This document shows positions 24,422 to 36,425 of a DNA stretch of 64,000 nt, in pieces. The position numbers were made by a program, and so were the translations under genes. Numbering within the stretch: position 1 is the first letter of the stretch; each line of letters starts with the position of its first letter. The notes beneath the pieces were generated by a model that made no database searches, had not been told where the DNA came from, and worked only from the letters and a program-made list of their open reading frames with translations. The stretch comes from Gracilinanus agilis. Lineage: Eukaryota. The stretch covers positions 272,957,222 to 273,021,221 of the forward strand of contig NC_058135.1 in the NCBI RefSeq assembly GCF_016433145.1. The letters are read 5' to 3'.

Positions 24422-25149
24422 CTATATGACTTCTCTGAGCCTCAGTATATTCATAGGTTTCATTCTTTGGATTCATGTCATGAATGCTGATTGATTAATA
24501 TATCAAATAGATATTAAAACTTGTAGCACTTAGGAATGAGTTACATGTGAAGTAAGTATTGAGATACTTTTCATAATTCATAAGATTCTTGAAGGGATCA
24601 AAAAAGTTAATGCAAGTAATGCATTTTGAAGACCTTAAAGTTCTAAATAGAGATAGTCTTTATAATAATTTTTATTATTATTTATATGCTTTTCATTTTC
24701 AGTGGTCTCTTTTTTTTATCCCTGTTACTGTCTCTTTAAATATAACAAAATGCTTGTGTTTTTCTCTTTTTATTATTTCCTGTTTTAAATTAAATTTTTA
24801 CAGTATCATAATTACCTTTTAATTTATCACTTTAAAGTAACTGACTTACAGAAAGTTAAAAAAACCTAGTTTATATATTATCTTCAGGAGTTCCTTAAGA
24901 TCAGGGAATGTACTCTATTCTTTTCTAATCCCTGAATTTATCACAAAGCTTTTCACATAGTAAGCACTTAATAAGTACATTTTCATTCATCTATCCATCC
25001 ATTACCTCATCTATCCATTCAAAAATCCCTATATCTAATCCATGCGCCTATTAATCCATGCATTTATGCATTTGTGCATCAACTCATCAGTCTATCCATC
25101 CATGAATCTACTTGCCATAAGATATTTTCCCTTATTAATTATGTTGGCC

Positions 25150-25173
25150 TCATCTTCTTTTGTTTTATTTCAG
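25150..25173 (+). other. Splice acceptor before the OR4B copy 2 coding exon
   Basis: tcatcttcttttgttttatttcag| lies 44 nt upstream of the ATG. Confidence 0.6.
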
Positions 25174-25217
25174 GTCTATCAAGCTTCTTTAGAGTTGTGG
25201 TGACCTAATTGGATTCC

Positions 25218-26147
25218 ATGGCTATTACCAACAATGTGACTCAGTTAATTTTTACGGGACTTTTCCAAGATCAAGAAGCACAGAGAGTTTCATTTGTTGT
25301 TTTTCTTCCTGTGTACATGGTCACAATGTTGGGCAATGGCCTCATCATCTTGACTGTCAACATGAGCAAGAGTCTGAGCTCCCCCATGTACTTCTTCCTC
25401 AGTCATCTATCCTTAGTAGAGATCTGTTACTCCTCTACTATTGTTCCTAAATTTATTTCTGGCTTGTTGACTGAGAATAAAACCATCTCATTGGATGGCT
25501 GCATGACCCAGATCTTCTTTTTCCACTTCTTTGGAGTTGCTGAGATCCTCCTTCTCACAGTGATGGCCTATGACCGGTATGTGGCCATCTGCAAACCCCT
25601 GCATTACATGACCATCATGAGCCGTCCTGTGTGCCATGTGCTGGTGTTTAGTTCCTGGATAGGGGGTATGTTTCATTCTGTAGTTCAGATTCTCATCACT
25701 GTCCAATTGCCTTTCTGTGGTCCTCATGTGATTGATCACTATTTCTGTGACCTCCATCCCTTGTTCAAGCTTGCCTGCACTGATACTTTTGTGGAAGGAA
25801 TTATTGTGTTTGCCAATAGTGGTTTGTTCTCTGTGATTTCCTTTCTCTTCTTGATTTCTTCTTATGTCGTCATCCTGGTTCACTTGAGAAACCAGTCAGC
25901 AGAGGGGAGACGCAAGGCTCTCTCTACTTGTGCCTCCCACATCACTGTTGTTCTCTTATTCTTTGGTCCTGCCATCTTTCTCTACTTGAGGCCATCTTCT
26001 ACCTTTACTGAAGACAAACTTGTGGCTGTGTTCTATACAGTGGTTACGCCAATGTTGAATCCCATCATCTATACGTTGAGAAATGCAGAAGTGAAGAATG
26101 CTATGAGGAGATTGTGGGTCAAGAAAGTGAACTTGGGAGGGGAATGA
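25218..26147 (+). CDS. OR4B1: Olfactory receptor, OR4B1-like (copy 2), 309 aa
   Basis: Intact ORF with all OR motifs and ATG at 25218. Close paralogue of 9693-10604. TM5 SGLFSVISF and C-terminus WVKKVNLGGE resemble human OR4B1 as recalled. Confidence 0.95.
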   Translation: MAITNNVTQLIFTGLFQDQEAQRVSFVVFLPVYMVTMLGNGLIILTVNMSKSLSSPMYFFLSHLSLVEICYSSTIVPKFISGLLTENKTISLDGCMTQIFFFHFFGVAEILLLTVMAYDRYVAICKPLHYMTIMSRPVCHVLVFSSWIGGMFHSVVQILITVQLPFCGPHVIDHYFCDLHPLFKLACTDTFVEGIIVFANSGLFSVISFLFLISSYVVILVHLRNQSAEGRRKALSTCASHITVVLLFFGPAIFLYLRPSSTFTEDKLVAVFYTVVTPMLNPIIYTLRNAEVKNAMRRLWVKKVNLGGE

Positions 26148-26525
26148 AAATGTGCATGTGAAGACAATGTATCGTGGCTTTGTGGGTAGTGGGTCTTTAT
26201 ACTGAATTTGATTCAGGATTGGATACAGGAAAATCCCCTTTAAACATGAGGGAGGGGGAATTAAATGATATAATTTTATAATTGTAGTGAGCTGAGAATG
26301 GATATGGTCCAGTGGTAAGAGTACTGACTTTAGAATCAAAATACCTAGGTTAGGGTCCTAACATTGCCTCTGTCTGTTGGTTCCTGGGTGTGGAATGTTT
26401 GGTAGTAGAATTCAGCGTGTCAAAGGAACATTGGAGCCATTTTTAGTTTCAATCCCAAACAGCCTGGCCTCAGATACACTTAGGCTGTCAATATTTTCAA
26501 GTTCCCAATTCCTTAATCTTGATTT

Positions 26526-26648
26526 TTTTTTAGACCCTTAACTTCGGTGTATTGTCTCATAGGTGGAAGAGTGGTAAGGGTGGGCAATGGGGGTCAAGTG
26601 ACTTGCCCAGGGTCACACAGCTGGGAAGTGGCTGAGGCCGGGTTTGAC
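26526..26648 (-). mobile_element. SINE1_Mdo-type SINE, 5' truncated, young
   Basis: TSD ttaatcttgattt (26513-26525 / 26649-26661). Confidence 0.92.
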
Positions 26649-26975
26649 TTAATCTTGATTTAATGATAGTTTACCCAGTGCTCATCTTGGAAGAAACACC
26701 TTTCAAAGTAAATATAATTTGTTTTTATAATAAAAAGGATTTAGGTTCAAATGGTCCCCCCAAATCAGATGGCTTTCTAACTTTGAACTCTCAGTCTCAT
26801 TGTTCGAGGACAGTTTTCACATCCCAGGAAATGCAAATGTTTTGTGTATCGTATTTTAGAGTTTATAGGTGTGCTGGCTTAAGCTGGGCAAAATGCATGA
26901 CGTATATGCCTAGAACATTTCTCAGAGATGCAAAGATATCAGTTGGACCCCAAATTCCTTTTATATCTTCTAAAC

Positions 26976-27170
26976 CAGTGGTTCCCAAACTTTTTTGGCC
27001 TACCACCCCCTTTCCAGAAAAAAATGTTACTTAGCCCCCTGGAAATTAATTTTTAAAAAAATTTTAATAGCAATTAATAGGAAAGATAAATGCACCTGTG
27101 GCCATCACTGCTCCACTGAATCGCTGCAGCACCCACCAGGGGGCGGTGGCGCCCACTTTAGGAATCACTG
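26976..27170. mobile_element. hAT MITE, family C
   Basis: TIR CAGTGGTTCCCAAA / TTTAGGAATCACTG. TSD ttctaaac/gtctaaac. Confidence 0.88.
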
Positions 27171-27194
27171 GTCTAAACTAAAACAAATTTCTTT

Positions 27195-27430
27195 AAAAAT
27201 TTTTTTATTTAATTAATAAATTTAGAAAATTTTCTATTGTTACATGATTCATGTTCTTTTCCTCCCATTCTTCCACCCCTCCACCCCCCTATAGCCAATT
27301 AGCAATTCCACTGGGTTTTACATGTGTCATTGACCAAGATCTATTTTCATATTATTGATATTTGCACTAGGGTGATTGCTTAGAGTCTACAACCCCAATC
27401 ACATCCCCATCTACCCATGTGATCAAGCAG
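27195..27430 (-). mobile_element. 5'-truncated young L1 3' end
   Basis: Perfect 16-bp TSD taaaacaaatttcttt (27179-27194 / 27431-27446) and a T-rich tail. Confidence 0.88.
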
Positions 27431-28204
27431 TAAAACAAATTTCTTTTACTTGTTTGCCAGAGCAAGTGACCTTCCTCACACAGGTGTATGAAGAAGAAAT
27501 ATTTTTAAACAGTGCATGTATCTCTGTCCTTAGATCTTTCTTTTCAGAATTCAGAAAGTTCCAACCATTGCTGCTTTTTATGGCTACTCTGAGTGAAAAC
27601 AAATGATATATTCCATTATGAATCTATGCATGCCCTTAAATACTTCATGTCCCTTCGATCTCCTTGTCAATACTCATTTAATAAATGGCTACTCCCAAGG
27701 AAACTTCTTGGGGAAAGGAAATTGTAAACCAGCCTCTTCTCTTGTCAATTATTCATGGCCTGATCCTCTTGTAGAATGAATCTCTTACATCTATTGAGCA
27801 TTTTATAATGATCACCTGTATTTACACGGGCCATGCTTTAGTGTCTGCAAGGGCCTTTTTGGATCCTGCCTCAGACACTCACTAGTTGCATCATCTTGAG
27901 GAAGCACCTTAGCATTTCTTAGCTTACGTTTCTTCTGTAGCAATAATGAGAGTATCAACTCACTGAGTTGAGATTCAAGTGAAATTTTATATATGTTACA
28001 TATATAATTATAATGTCACTTTTCAAAGTACTTCATCAATTTTTCTTCTTGTTCTTGTTCTCTTCCTCCTCCTTCTGCTTTTTCTTTTCCTCCTTCTTTT
28101 TCTTTTCTTCGTAATTCGGTGTAATGTAGTTTGACTGGTACAGGCCCACCTCACATTTTCACAGGGTGGATTCAGCAAAAGAGGTGAGTAGGGGCATATG
28201 TTAG

Positions 28205-28312
28205 CAGTGATGGGCAAACTTTTTAAAGAGGGGGGCAAAGGAAAGGAAATGCTCATCTGTCAGTCTGTTTCTAAGGCAACTCTTTTGAAGTTTCATTGTA
28301 TTGTATCCTACT
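28205..28312. mobile_element. hAT MITE, family A, truncated half copy (inverted)
   Basis: Reverse complement of the last ~108 nt of 13511-13706. Confidence 0.85.
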
Positions 28313-28346
28313 GTAATAGGTATAAGTTTAAAAGTAGATGTGTAAG

Positions 28347-28546
28347 GGGGCAGCTGGGTAGCTCAGCGGACTGAGAGTCAGGCCTAGAGACAGGAGGTCC
28401 TGGGTTCAAATATGACCTCAGACACTTCCCAGCTGTGTGACCCTGGGCAAGTCACTTGACCCCCATTGCCTACCCTTACCACGCTTCTGCCTTGGAGCCA
28501 ATACACAGTATTGACTCTAAGATGGAAGGTGAGGGTTTAAAAAAAA
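28347..28546 (+). mobile_element. SINE1_Mdo-type SINE
   Basis: Full length. TSD tagatgtgtaag. Confidence 0.93.
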
Positions 28547-29003
28547 TAGATGTGTAAGCAGGCTAGGAAAAGCCTTAGCTGGAGGTCATGGACATTCTGA
28601 ATAGAATGCAGGGGAAGGAGGAAGTCCCAAGAATAGGGAAATAAAGCAATTTTACATTGCTTACGTTTTTCTAAGGATGACTTATGTTGATTTGTTTCTG
28701 TTCTGGGGTCAATATGTGGTGAATGAATTCATTTAGTCCACTCTTACATCTGACCTTTTTCAGTAACCTTGAATGTTCATATTAGACATGCTTTGAAAGT
28801 TCATATATGAGAAAGTTTTTAATCTTTCATGGCCACCCGTGATATCCCTCTAGAGAAATGTCTGCAAAGTTAGAATGTTCTTCTTGGCCACTGGCTTTAA
28901 ATTTAATGTTTGACTCACCTCCCCAAGGTCTGACTTTGGAGGGAGGGTGTGTAATGGGGACTGAGGAAGTATCAGTCTGCATGCTTTAAGAGAAGAGAAC
29001 CAG

Positions 29004-29190
29004 GAGGCAGCTATGTAGCTCCAGTCCTAGAGATGGGGGGTCCTGGGTTCAAATCTCAACTCAGACATTTCCTAGCTGTGTGAACCTGGGCAAGTCCCTT
29101 AACCTCCTTTGTCTAACCCTTTCCACTCTTTTGCCATGAAACCAATACATGGTATTAATTCTAAAGCAGAAGGTAAGGTACATAAAAAAG
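29004..29190 (+). mobile_element. SINE1_Mdo-type SINE (diverged)
   Basis: B box GGTTCAAATC, core and tail. Confidence 0.8.
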
Positions 29191-29506
29191 AAAAGTGGAT
29201 CAGAAGGAGGAATGATATCCACAGAATGTGGAGTAAGAAGGGAAGACAAATCAAGGGGAGGGCCATCAGGTAGTTTTATCTTCCTCCCCTCTTAGGAGGG
29301 AATTAAGAGGATCAAGAGAAATTGTGAGGTTCTTGGTCCTTGGACCCTTAGAACATTATTACCTGAAACAAGTATCTCTACAACTAATAGAATATGAACT
29401 CATTGGAGACATGGATTGTTTTAAAAATATATTTTCTCACCTTAACACCGAGAATGATGTCCCACATATAACATGTTTGTTTAATCATCTTTTAAAAGTT
29501 GAATTA

Positions 29507-29688
29507 GGGGGCAGCTGGGTAGCTCAGTGGAGTGAGAGTCAGGCCTAGAGACAGGAGGTCCTAGGTTCAAACCCAGCCTCAGCCACTTCCCAGCTGTGTG
29601 ACCCTGGGCAAGTCACTTGACCCCCATTGCCCACCCTTACCAATCTTCCACCTATGAGACAATACACCGAAGTACAAGGGTTTAAAAA
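29507..29688 (+). mobile_element. SINE1_Mdo-type SINE (young, short-tail variant)
   Basis: Full length. TSD aaaagttgaatta. Confidence 0.93.
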
Positions 29689-29869
29689 AAAAGTTGAATT
29701 AAATTGAATAATCTATTCCTTTTCATTGAAATTATAGTTTGATTTTTTTCAAAAGATAGAAGTGCCCTACCAATGCATTTATTTTGTTTATATATATGCA
29801 TATATATACACATATATGAGTATCTATGTGTATGTATAGATACACAGAGTTTGAAAATGTTCCCTGTGT

Positions 29870-30720
29870 TTTTTTTAGTTTGTAATTTAGTTATGTATTT
29901 ATTTAAAAACTTTTTTATTAATTTTTTATTTGCAAGTATCTTAGCCCCTCCTTTCCTTCCCTTTATCATAGAAGGCATTATTTGGCAAAGGGATATGTAT
30001 ATATAGATCGTGTCTTTCAGGTTGTCATTTTTCAGTTCATTCTCAGGAGGTGAACATTCAGAAATTATTCTTCAATTAATAAACTTGTAGTTGTAAATAA
30101 TGTTTTCTTGGTTTTACTCATCTTATTGCTCATTATGACACTTTGTTCTTTCCAAGTTTAAAAAATTAGCTTGCTTATCATTTCTTACAGAACAGTAGTA
30201 TTCCATCACAATCATATACCACAGTTTGTTTAGCCATCACCAAATGGATGGATATCTCCTTGATTTCCAGTTATTGCCTCCATGAACAGAGCTACTATAC
30301 ATATTTTGGAACATAGAGATTCTTTTTCCTTTTTTCATGATTTCTTTGGGAAAGAGATCCAACAATTGTATTGGTTAAGTCTAAGCACATACACAGTTTT
30401 ATAACTCTTTGGGTATAATTCTAAATTATTCTACAAAATTGTTGGATTAGTTCACAGTTCTACCAGCCATGTATTAGTGTCCCTAATTTTCCATATCTCC
30501 TCCAGCATTTAACATTTTAGCCAATCTAATGGGTATGATATGATATCTCAGAAGTATTTTGGTTTTCATTTATATCAGTAGTGATTTATAGCATTTTTCA
30601 TATACCTTTATATGGCTTTGATTTATTCCTCTGAAAATTTGTCTGTTCTTATCTTTTGCCCATTTATCAACTGGGGGATGGCTCTTATTCTTACACTTTT
30701 GATGACATTTTCTATATTTC
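29870..30720 (-). mobile_element. L1 3' fragment
   Basis: tagtattccatcacaatcatataccacagtttgtttagccat and ORF2 C-terminal motifs. Confidence 0.8.
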
Positions 30721-30734
30721 GATTTTATCTTAGG

Positions 30735-30927
30735 CAAATCTGGCCTCAGATACTGCCTAACTGTGTGACGATATGCAAATCATTTAACTTCTCTTTTTTC
30801 CTTAAATTCCTCATCTGTAAAATAAATGGGATAAGTAAATGAAAAACCACTCTAGTAACTATACCAAGAAAATCTTAGATGAATTCACAAAGATTTTTAT
30901 ATGACAGAAACGACTCAACAATGACAA
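30735..30927 (+). mobile_element. MAR1-type CORE-SINE
   Basis: ctcatctgtaaaat core and aaccactctagta...ccaagaaaa tail. Confidence 0.7.
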
Positions 30928-31035
30928 TAACAATACATTAGTAAAGCATTAAAGTCTCAAACTAATAATGTTTTTCCTCTTTCCATTTTTTACAATCTAG
31001 TTAACTTTTCAAAGTTTCATTAATACATGATGTTA

Positions 31036-31089
31036 TGTAGAGATGGCAGCATGGAATCCCTGCAAAATACAGGGTCAGCCTCACCCAAA
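31036..31089 (+). mobile_element. Short fragment of the 12627 LTR family
   Basis: atggcagcatggaatccctgcaaaatacagggtcagcctcacccaaa matches 12641-12687. Confidence 0.6.
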
Positions 31090-31180
31090 GTGAGTGTGGT
31101 AGTGGAAAGGAAGATAAACTTGAAGTAAAGAGAGACTTGGGTTAAAATTCTGCCTACAGAAGTTTCTAATGCATCTATAG

Positions 31181-31384
31181 CAATAATGGGCAAACTACAG
31201 CCCGAGGGCCAGATGCAGCCCCCTGAATTGTTCTATGCCGCTGCGCAACATTATTCCTTATCTGACGAATACTATAAGTAGGATACAATACAATGAAACT
31301 TCAAAAGAGTTGCCTTAGAAACAGACTGACAAATGAGTATTTCTTTTCCTTTGGCCCCCTCTTTAAAAAGTTTGCCCATCAATG
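31181..31384. mobile_element. hAT MITE, family A
   Basis: Degenerate TIRs, same body as 13511. TSD atctatag/gtctatag. Confidence 0.9.
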
Positions 31385-32079
31385 GTCTATAGACTAATAT
31401 CTTGACTTCTTTGAACCTTAGTTTCCATGTACTTCCTAATCCCAATGTTTAGCACAGTTCTGGGGATATAGAAGGAAGTAACCTAATACTTGTTGATTGA
31501 TGAGTAAATAAAATAGAGATATTAATACATGCAGTAAATTCTCAAAAGTTTTTCAAGAGAATAAAATAAGATAATGCATTTAATGTGCTTCTGAAACCAT
31601 AAAGCCCTAAAAAGTCAGCTATTATGGTTAATAGTAGCTATTGTTATTGTTGATATGCTTTTCTTTGTCAAAAATATCTTTAAGCATTGTGTGGTACTCA
31701 CACTGTCTCACTGTTTTCTCATTTGAATTCAACTTATCTCACTACTTGTAACTTTTGACTTCTTGGAGTTAACTGAGGCACATAATAAATTTTAGCTAGC
31801 TCTTTTATTTAATATTTTAAAGTATCTTACTTGTAGCTGAAACTGGCTATATATGTTATCTCTACAATTTAGAATGCAAGTTCAAATATCATTATGTTAT
31901 TTTTCAATTTATATTACTAGTACTTAGCACAGCACTTCACACATAGGAAGTGCATATTAAATGTCATTTCACCTATCCCTCCAATAATTCATCCATCCAT
32001 CTTGTTGTCCACTTACCCACCCACTCCCTCATCTATTCCTTTAAGACCCCGCTACTAAGAGATCAAAGACAAAAATATC

Positions 32080-32410
32080 TTATATACAGTGTAATTGTCA
32101 TCCTCAGAACTTTTTTGGTAGCAAATAAATGAAGGCAAAGTTGATGGTCATTAATTAGGGAATGGTTAAAGAAGTTGTCACCCCATGAATGCAATGGAAT
32201 ATTATTGTGCTGTAAGAAACAATGACTATGAAGAACTCAAGGAACTATGGGAAAGGCATCATATAAACTAATACAAGATAAAGCAAGCAGAACCACAAAA
32301 AGAAGATGGACCACAACTACCATAATATAAGGGAAATGAACAATACAATGGAACTCAATGCTATGTAGTCATAATGTCCAAATTTGTTGCTGAATAATGG
32401 TTGAGAAAAC
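32080..32410 (+). mobile_element. L1 3' fragment
   Basis: gaatgcaatggaatattattgtgctgtaagaaa. Confidence 0.75.
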
Positions 32411-33264
32411 CTATCTATCCCACCCTGATCACAGTATTTAATAAATGCTTAATACTTGATTAACTGACTTCCAGCTTAGTAAAATTGTATTCTGCTGGTA
32501 ATACTTTCCAGAATCCAGGCTTGTCTCCAAGTCATCATGAGTCTCTAGTAAAAGCTATGGAATTACAGATTTTTGAACTGAAAGGAGCCTTAGCAAACAT
32601 CTATTCTGATTCCTTCATCTTTTCAGTGGGGGAACTGAGAAGCAGAGAAGTAAGGTGACTTGTGCAAAGATATATAGGTTCTAAGAGCCAGAAGGCTGAG
32701 GTAGGACATCTGATCCCCAAATTAGCATTTTCCCCACTATATCACCTTTCTGGAGAAAGCTTATTAAATTTCAAGGGCAACAGATGGTTATATAATAATC
32801 ATTGGTATGGTTCATGTGCAAGAAAAGAAAAGCACATGGTGGAACACATGAATGATGGGAACGGGAGATGAAGACAGACTCATAGTAAGAACGAGAGAGC
32901 AAACTTGTATGAAGAGATGCCCAGATGAGAGACTATTGGAAGACACAGCTGGGTTCCTCTTCATCCCTCAGAAGATCATAGATATAAGCAGTGAAGCAGT
33001 ATATGTAGGAATAATATTAATAACATTTATATGACACTTTAATGTGTGCAAAGCTCTTCACAAATATCACATTTTATCCTCACAATCTTTGAGGGTAGAA
33101 GTTGTTATTATCCTCCCTTAACATATGTGGAAACTGAGGCAGACAGAGATAGTGACTTTTTCAGAGTCACACAGCTAGTAAGTGTTTGAGACTGAATTTG
33201 AACTTGTCTTCCCGAGTTCCAGTTCTCTACACCACACATAGCTTATGTATATATATATATATAT

Positions 33265-33649
33265 NNNNNNNNNNNNNNNNNNNNNNNNNNNNNNNNNNNN
33301 NNNNNNNNNNNNNNNNNNNNNNNNNNNNNNNNNNNNNNNNNNNNNNNNNNNNNNNNNNNNNNNNNNNNNNNNNNNNNNNNNNNNNNNNNNNNNNNNNNNN
33401 NNNNNNNNNNNNNNNNNNNNNNNNNNNNNNNNNNNNNNNNNNNNNNNNNNNNNNNNNNNNNNNNNNNNNNNNNNNNNNNNNNNNNNNNNNNNNNNNNNNN
33501 NNNNNNNNNNNNNNNNNNNNNNNNNNNNNNNNNNNNNNNNNNNNNNNNNNNNNNNNNNNNNNNNNNNNNNNNNNNNNNNNNNNNNNNNNNNNNNNNNNNN
33601 NNNNNNNNNNNNNNNNNNNNNNNNNNNNNNNNNNNNNNNNNNNNNNNNN
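33265..33649. other. Assembly gap (385 N) in an (AT)n/(AC)n tract
   Basis: N run flanked by TA- and CA-rich simple repeats (33246-33790). Confidence 0.98.
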
Positions 33650-33884
33650 ATATACACACACACACATATACATATATGTATGTGTATGCTTATATACACA
33701 CAAACATACATATATATACAAACATGTATACATATGAGTATATACATTTGCATGCTTATATATTTATATACGCACATATATTTATATGTGGTGTCATGGA
33801 CAATAGATAATCCTGTAGATGTAGTCTGACAAGGGAAATGTACAAAAAGACCATCACCACCCAAGTTCTATGCTTCTCTACAGA

Positions 33885-34004
33885 TATAAATGATGTCCCC
33901 AAAGTTTCAGTGTTGTTTTAGGCTATTAAACCTTTAAAACATTTTAGTGAAATTTTAAGATATCAAAGCTAAAAACTTCACTGAGACTTTTGGGACACCA
34001 TGTA
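33885..34004. mobile_element. Tc1/mariner-type MITE
   Basis: TIRs tgtccccaaagtttcagtg...aggct / agct...cactgagacttttgggacaccatgta. Same family as 8430. Confidence 0.7.
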
Positions 34005-34687
34005 TATTTATTTAAAAGACAGCTGGAAAATAAGAGTCTCAGGAAAGACACTATTCTTTCAGAGCTGCAAAAGAAACTGACAAGAAAATTAGTAAAGATG
34101 AGAGAGAAGAATTCTAATAATTAGTAAATATTATATATTAAAATAAAAAAGAGAAGACACTAAGAGGGGGAAAAATCGATGAACAGTAACCCCAGAATGA
34201 AAATGGAAATTGTAATGAAAGGTCAAATTATGTAATAAACATTCTGAGGATCTATTTATTAAAATATATGGCATTAATTTTTTCAAAGTGACATGATCAA
34301 AAATAATTCCACAGGAAAAAATAATCCCAGAGCCTGGAGAGAAGTATGGAAAATTTTAATGAGAATATGGATTTTCTCCAAAATGGCATTGTTTTGCTTG
34401 AAGTCAATAGTCCAAAATAGAAAGCAAAATAAATTGAAAGAACAACTCATTTAAAAGAAGTCTTGATCGCTTTATAAGTGAAGATGATAGAACTGGAGGA
34501 TGGAACAAAAAGAGTTTATCAACAGTAACACACTCTGAAAAAGAGTGAAGAAAGAGATTTCAGGAGCTCAGACAAGAAAATTTCTATAGGCTATCTTCCA
34601 GGTTTGTTGTGATGATCAAGTGAGACAAATGGTTGCAATTTTTGAGATAATATTTATAATAAAAACAAATGTTAAAAATTGTATATA

Positions 34688-34808
34688 GCCACTTGCTAGC
34701 TGTGTGACCCTGGGCAAGTCACTTGATCCCTGTTGCCTACCCTTACCATTCTTCTGCCTTGGAGTCAATACATAGTACTGACTCCAAGACGGAAGGTAAG
34801 GGTCTTAA
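34688..34808 (+). mobile_element. SINE1_Mdo-type SINE, 5' truncated
   Basis: TSD aaaaattgtatata. Confidence 0.9.
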
Positions 34809-34923
34809 AAAAATTGTATATACATGTAATTAGGGGAAAATTAAATATTAAGTAAATAACAAAAGATATTCTAAGTTAATATTAATATTAAAACTCTGGA
34901 TGTAGCCATGATCTAAGAGAGTA

Positions 34924-34964
34924 GTGTGTGTGTGTGTGTATGTGTGTGTGTGTGTGTGTGTGTG
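34924..34964. repeat. (GT)n microsatellite
   Basis: About 20 units with one interruption. Confidence 0.95.
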
Positions 34965-35053
34965 AATATGGCACTCATGAAAACCAGAGGCTCTTTGCTG
35001 AACAGGACCAAGTGAGGCATTATCGGTGTTATCTGCTGTTTAAATGATCAAAG

Positions 35054-35254
35054 GGGGAGCAGCTGGGCAGCTCAGTGGATTGAGAGCCAGATCTAGAGAT
35101 GGGAGGTCCCAGGTTCAAATCTGGCCTCAGACACTTCCCAGCTGTGTGATCCTGGGCAAGTCATTTAACCCCCATTGCCTAGCCCTTACCACTCTTCTGC
35201 CTTGGAACCAATACACACAGTATTGATTCCAAGATGGACGGTAAGAGTTTAAAA
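35054..35254 (+). mobile_element. SINE1_Mdo-type SINE
   Basis: Full length. Near-TSD taaatga(t/a)caaagg. Lies ~170 bp downstream of the OR4S stop. Confidence 0.92.
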
Positions 35255-35421
35255 TAAATGAACAAAGGACAAAATGAAAGAAATCACAATAAAGAGAGGA
35301 TTGATTTGAGTGTTAAGAATGACATGGTCTTTACTAGGTCATTTGAGTGACAAGTTTAAAAGAAAATTGGTAGAACGTTCTTCTACCAACCCTCTTTAGC
35401 TGGTATACCCATATGTAAGTC

Positions 35422-36357
35422 TCATTTAAGGTCTTTCCTTGCCTCTCCCATCATTTTCTTGCTCCACAGCTTCTTCAAGGAATTCTTTACCTCTGCATTC
35501 CTCAGGGTATAGATCAATGGGTTCAACATAGGGGTGATGATGGTATAGAACACAGCAACCATCTTATCTTCTGTGAAGGTGGTTGAGGGCCGCATGTAGA
35601 TGAAGATGCAGGGTACAAGGAACAAAATGACCACAATGACATGGGAAGCACAGGTGGAGAGGGCCTTACGCCTCCCCTCTGCAGAGTGGCTCCTGAGATA
35701 GAGAAGTATGACAGCATAAGAGCCAACAAGAATGATGAAGCAGGTCAAGGATATCATTCCAGTGTTGGCCATCACAATGACCCCCACCACATAAGTGTCT
35801 GTGCAGGCCAGCTTCAAGAGGGGATGGACATCGCAAAAGAAATGATCAATCATGTTGGGACCACAGAAGGGCAACCGGACCGTGAGAAGGGTCTGTATAA
35901 TAGAATGAGTAAAGGCTCCCACCCAAGAACTCACCATCAATATGGTACAGACTCTTTGATCCATAATGGTCGTATAGTGTAGTGGCTTACAGATGGCCAC
36001 GTACCTGTCATAGGCCATTACTGTGAGGATGAAGATCTCTGTGCAGCCAAAGAAATGGCCCCCAAAGAGCTGAGCCATGCAACCTACAAAGGAGATGGTC
36101 TTGACCTTGGCTTGGAAGTCCACAATCAGCTTTGGAGCAGTGACAGAAGAGTAGCAAATGTCAACAAAAGATAAGAAGCTAAGGAAGAAGTACATGGGAG
36201 AGTTGAGATTTGGGCTAACCCTGATGGTCATGATAATAAGAAAGTTCCCAAAGATGATGATTGTATAAAAAAGAAGGAAGAGATAAAAGCACACTTGCTG
36301 CACCTCCTCAATCTGGGACAGTCCTGTCAGAATAAATTCTGTGACATTACTTTCCAT
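35422..36357 (-). CDS. OR4S2: Olfactory receptor, OR4S (OR4S2-like), 311 aa
   Basis: Intact ORF from ATG 36357 (MESNVTEF; the ORF-track extension starts at a TTG). [36 protein letters not shown] and [21 protein letters not shown] match the OR4S subfamily as recalled. Confidence 0.93.
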   Translation of the reverse strand: MESNVTEFILTGLSQIEEVQQVCFYLFLLFYTIIIFGNFLIIMTIRVSPNLNSPMYFFLSFLSFVDICYSSVTAPKLIVDFQAKVKTISFVGCMAQLFGGHFFGCTEIFILTVMAYDRYVAICKPLHYTTIMDQRVCTILMVSSWVGAFTHSIIQTLLTVRLPFCGPNMIDHFFCDVHPLLKLACTDTYVVGVIVMANTGMISLTCFIILVGSYAVILLYLRSHSAEGRRKALSTCASHVIVVILFLVPCIFIYMRPSTTFTEDKMVAVFYTIITPMLNPLIYTLRNAEVKNSLKKLWSKKMMGEARKDLK

Positions 36358-36401
36358 GAGATCTTGACAATTTTCAAGTAAGGCATACCATGCCAATTTA
36401 C

Positions 36402-36425
36402 CTGAAGGTATGAAGCAACAAAAAC
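36402..36425 (-). other. Splice acceptor before the OR4S coding exon
   Basis: Minus strand reads tttttgttgcttcataccttcag|gtaaattgg, the same position as in the pseudogene. Confidence 0.55.

Noticed and set aside
25488-26339. Antisense and alternate-frame ORFs over the OR genes (also 9939-10214, 35641-35982, 53433-53755, 1298-1501)
   Set aside because: By-products of OR codon usage, recurring in every paralogue, with no independent coding signal.
33175-33864. Long ORFs of 140-229 aa
   Set aside because: They span the 385-N gap and TA/CA simple repeats.
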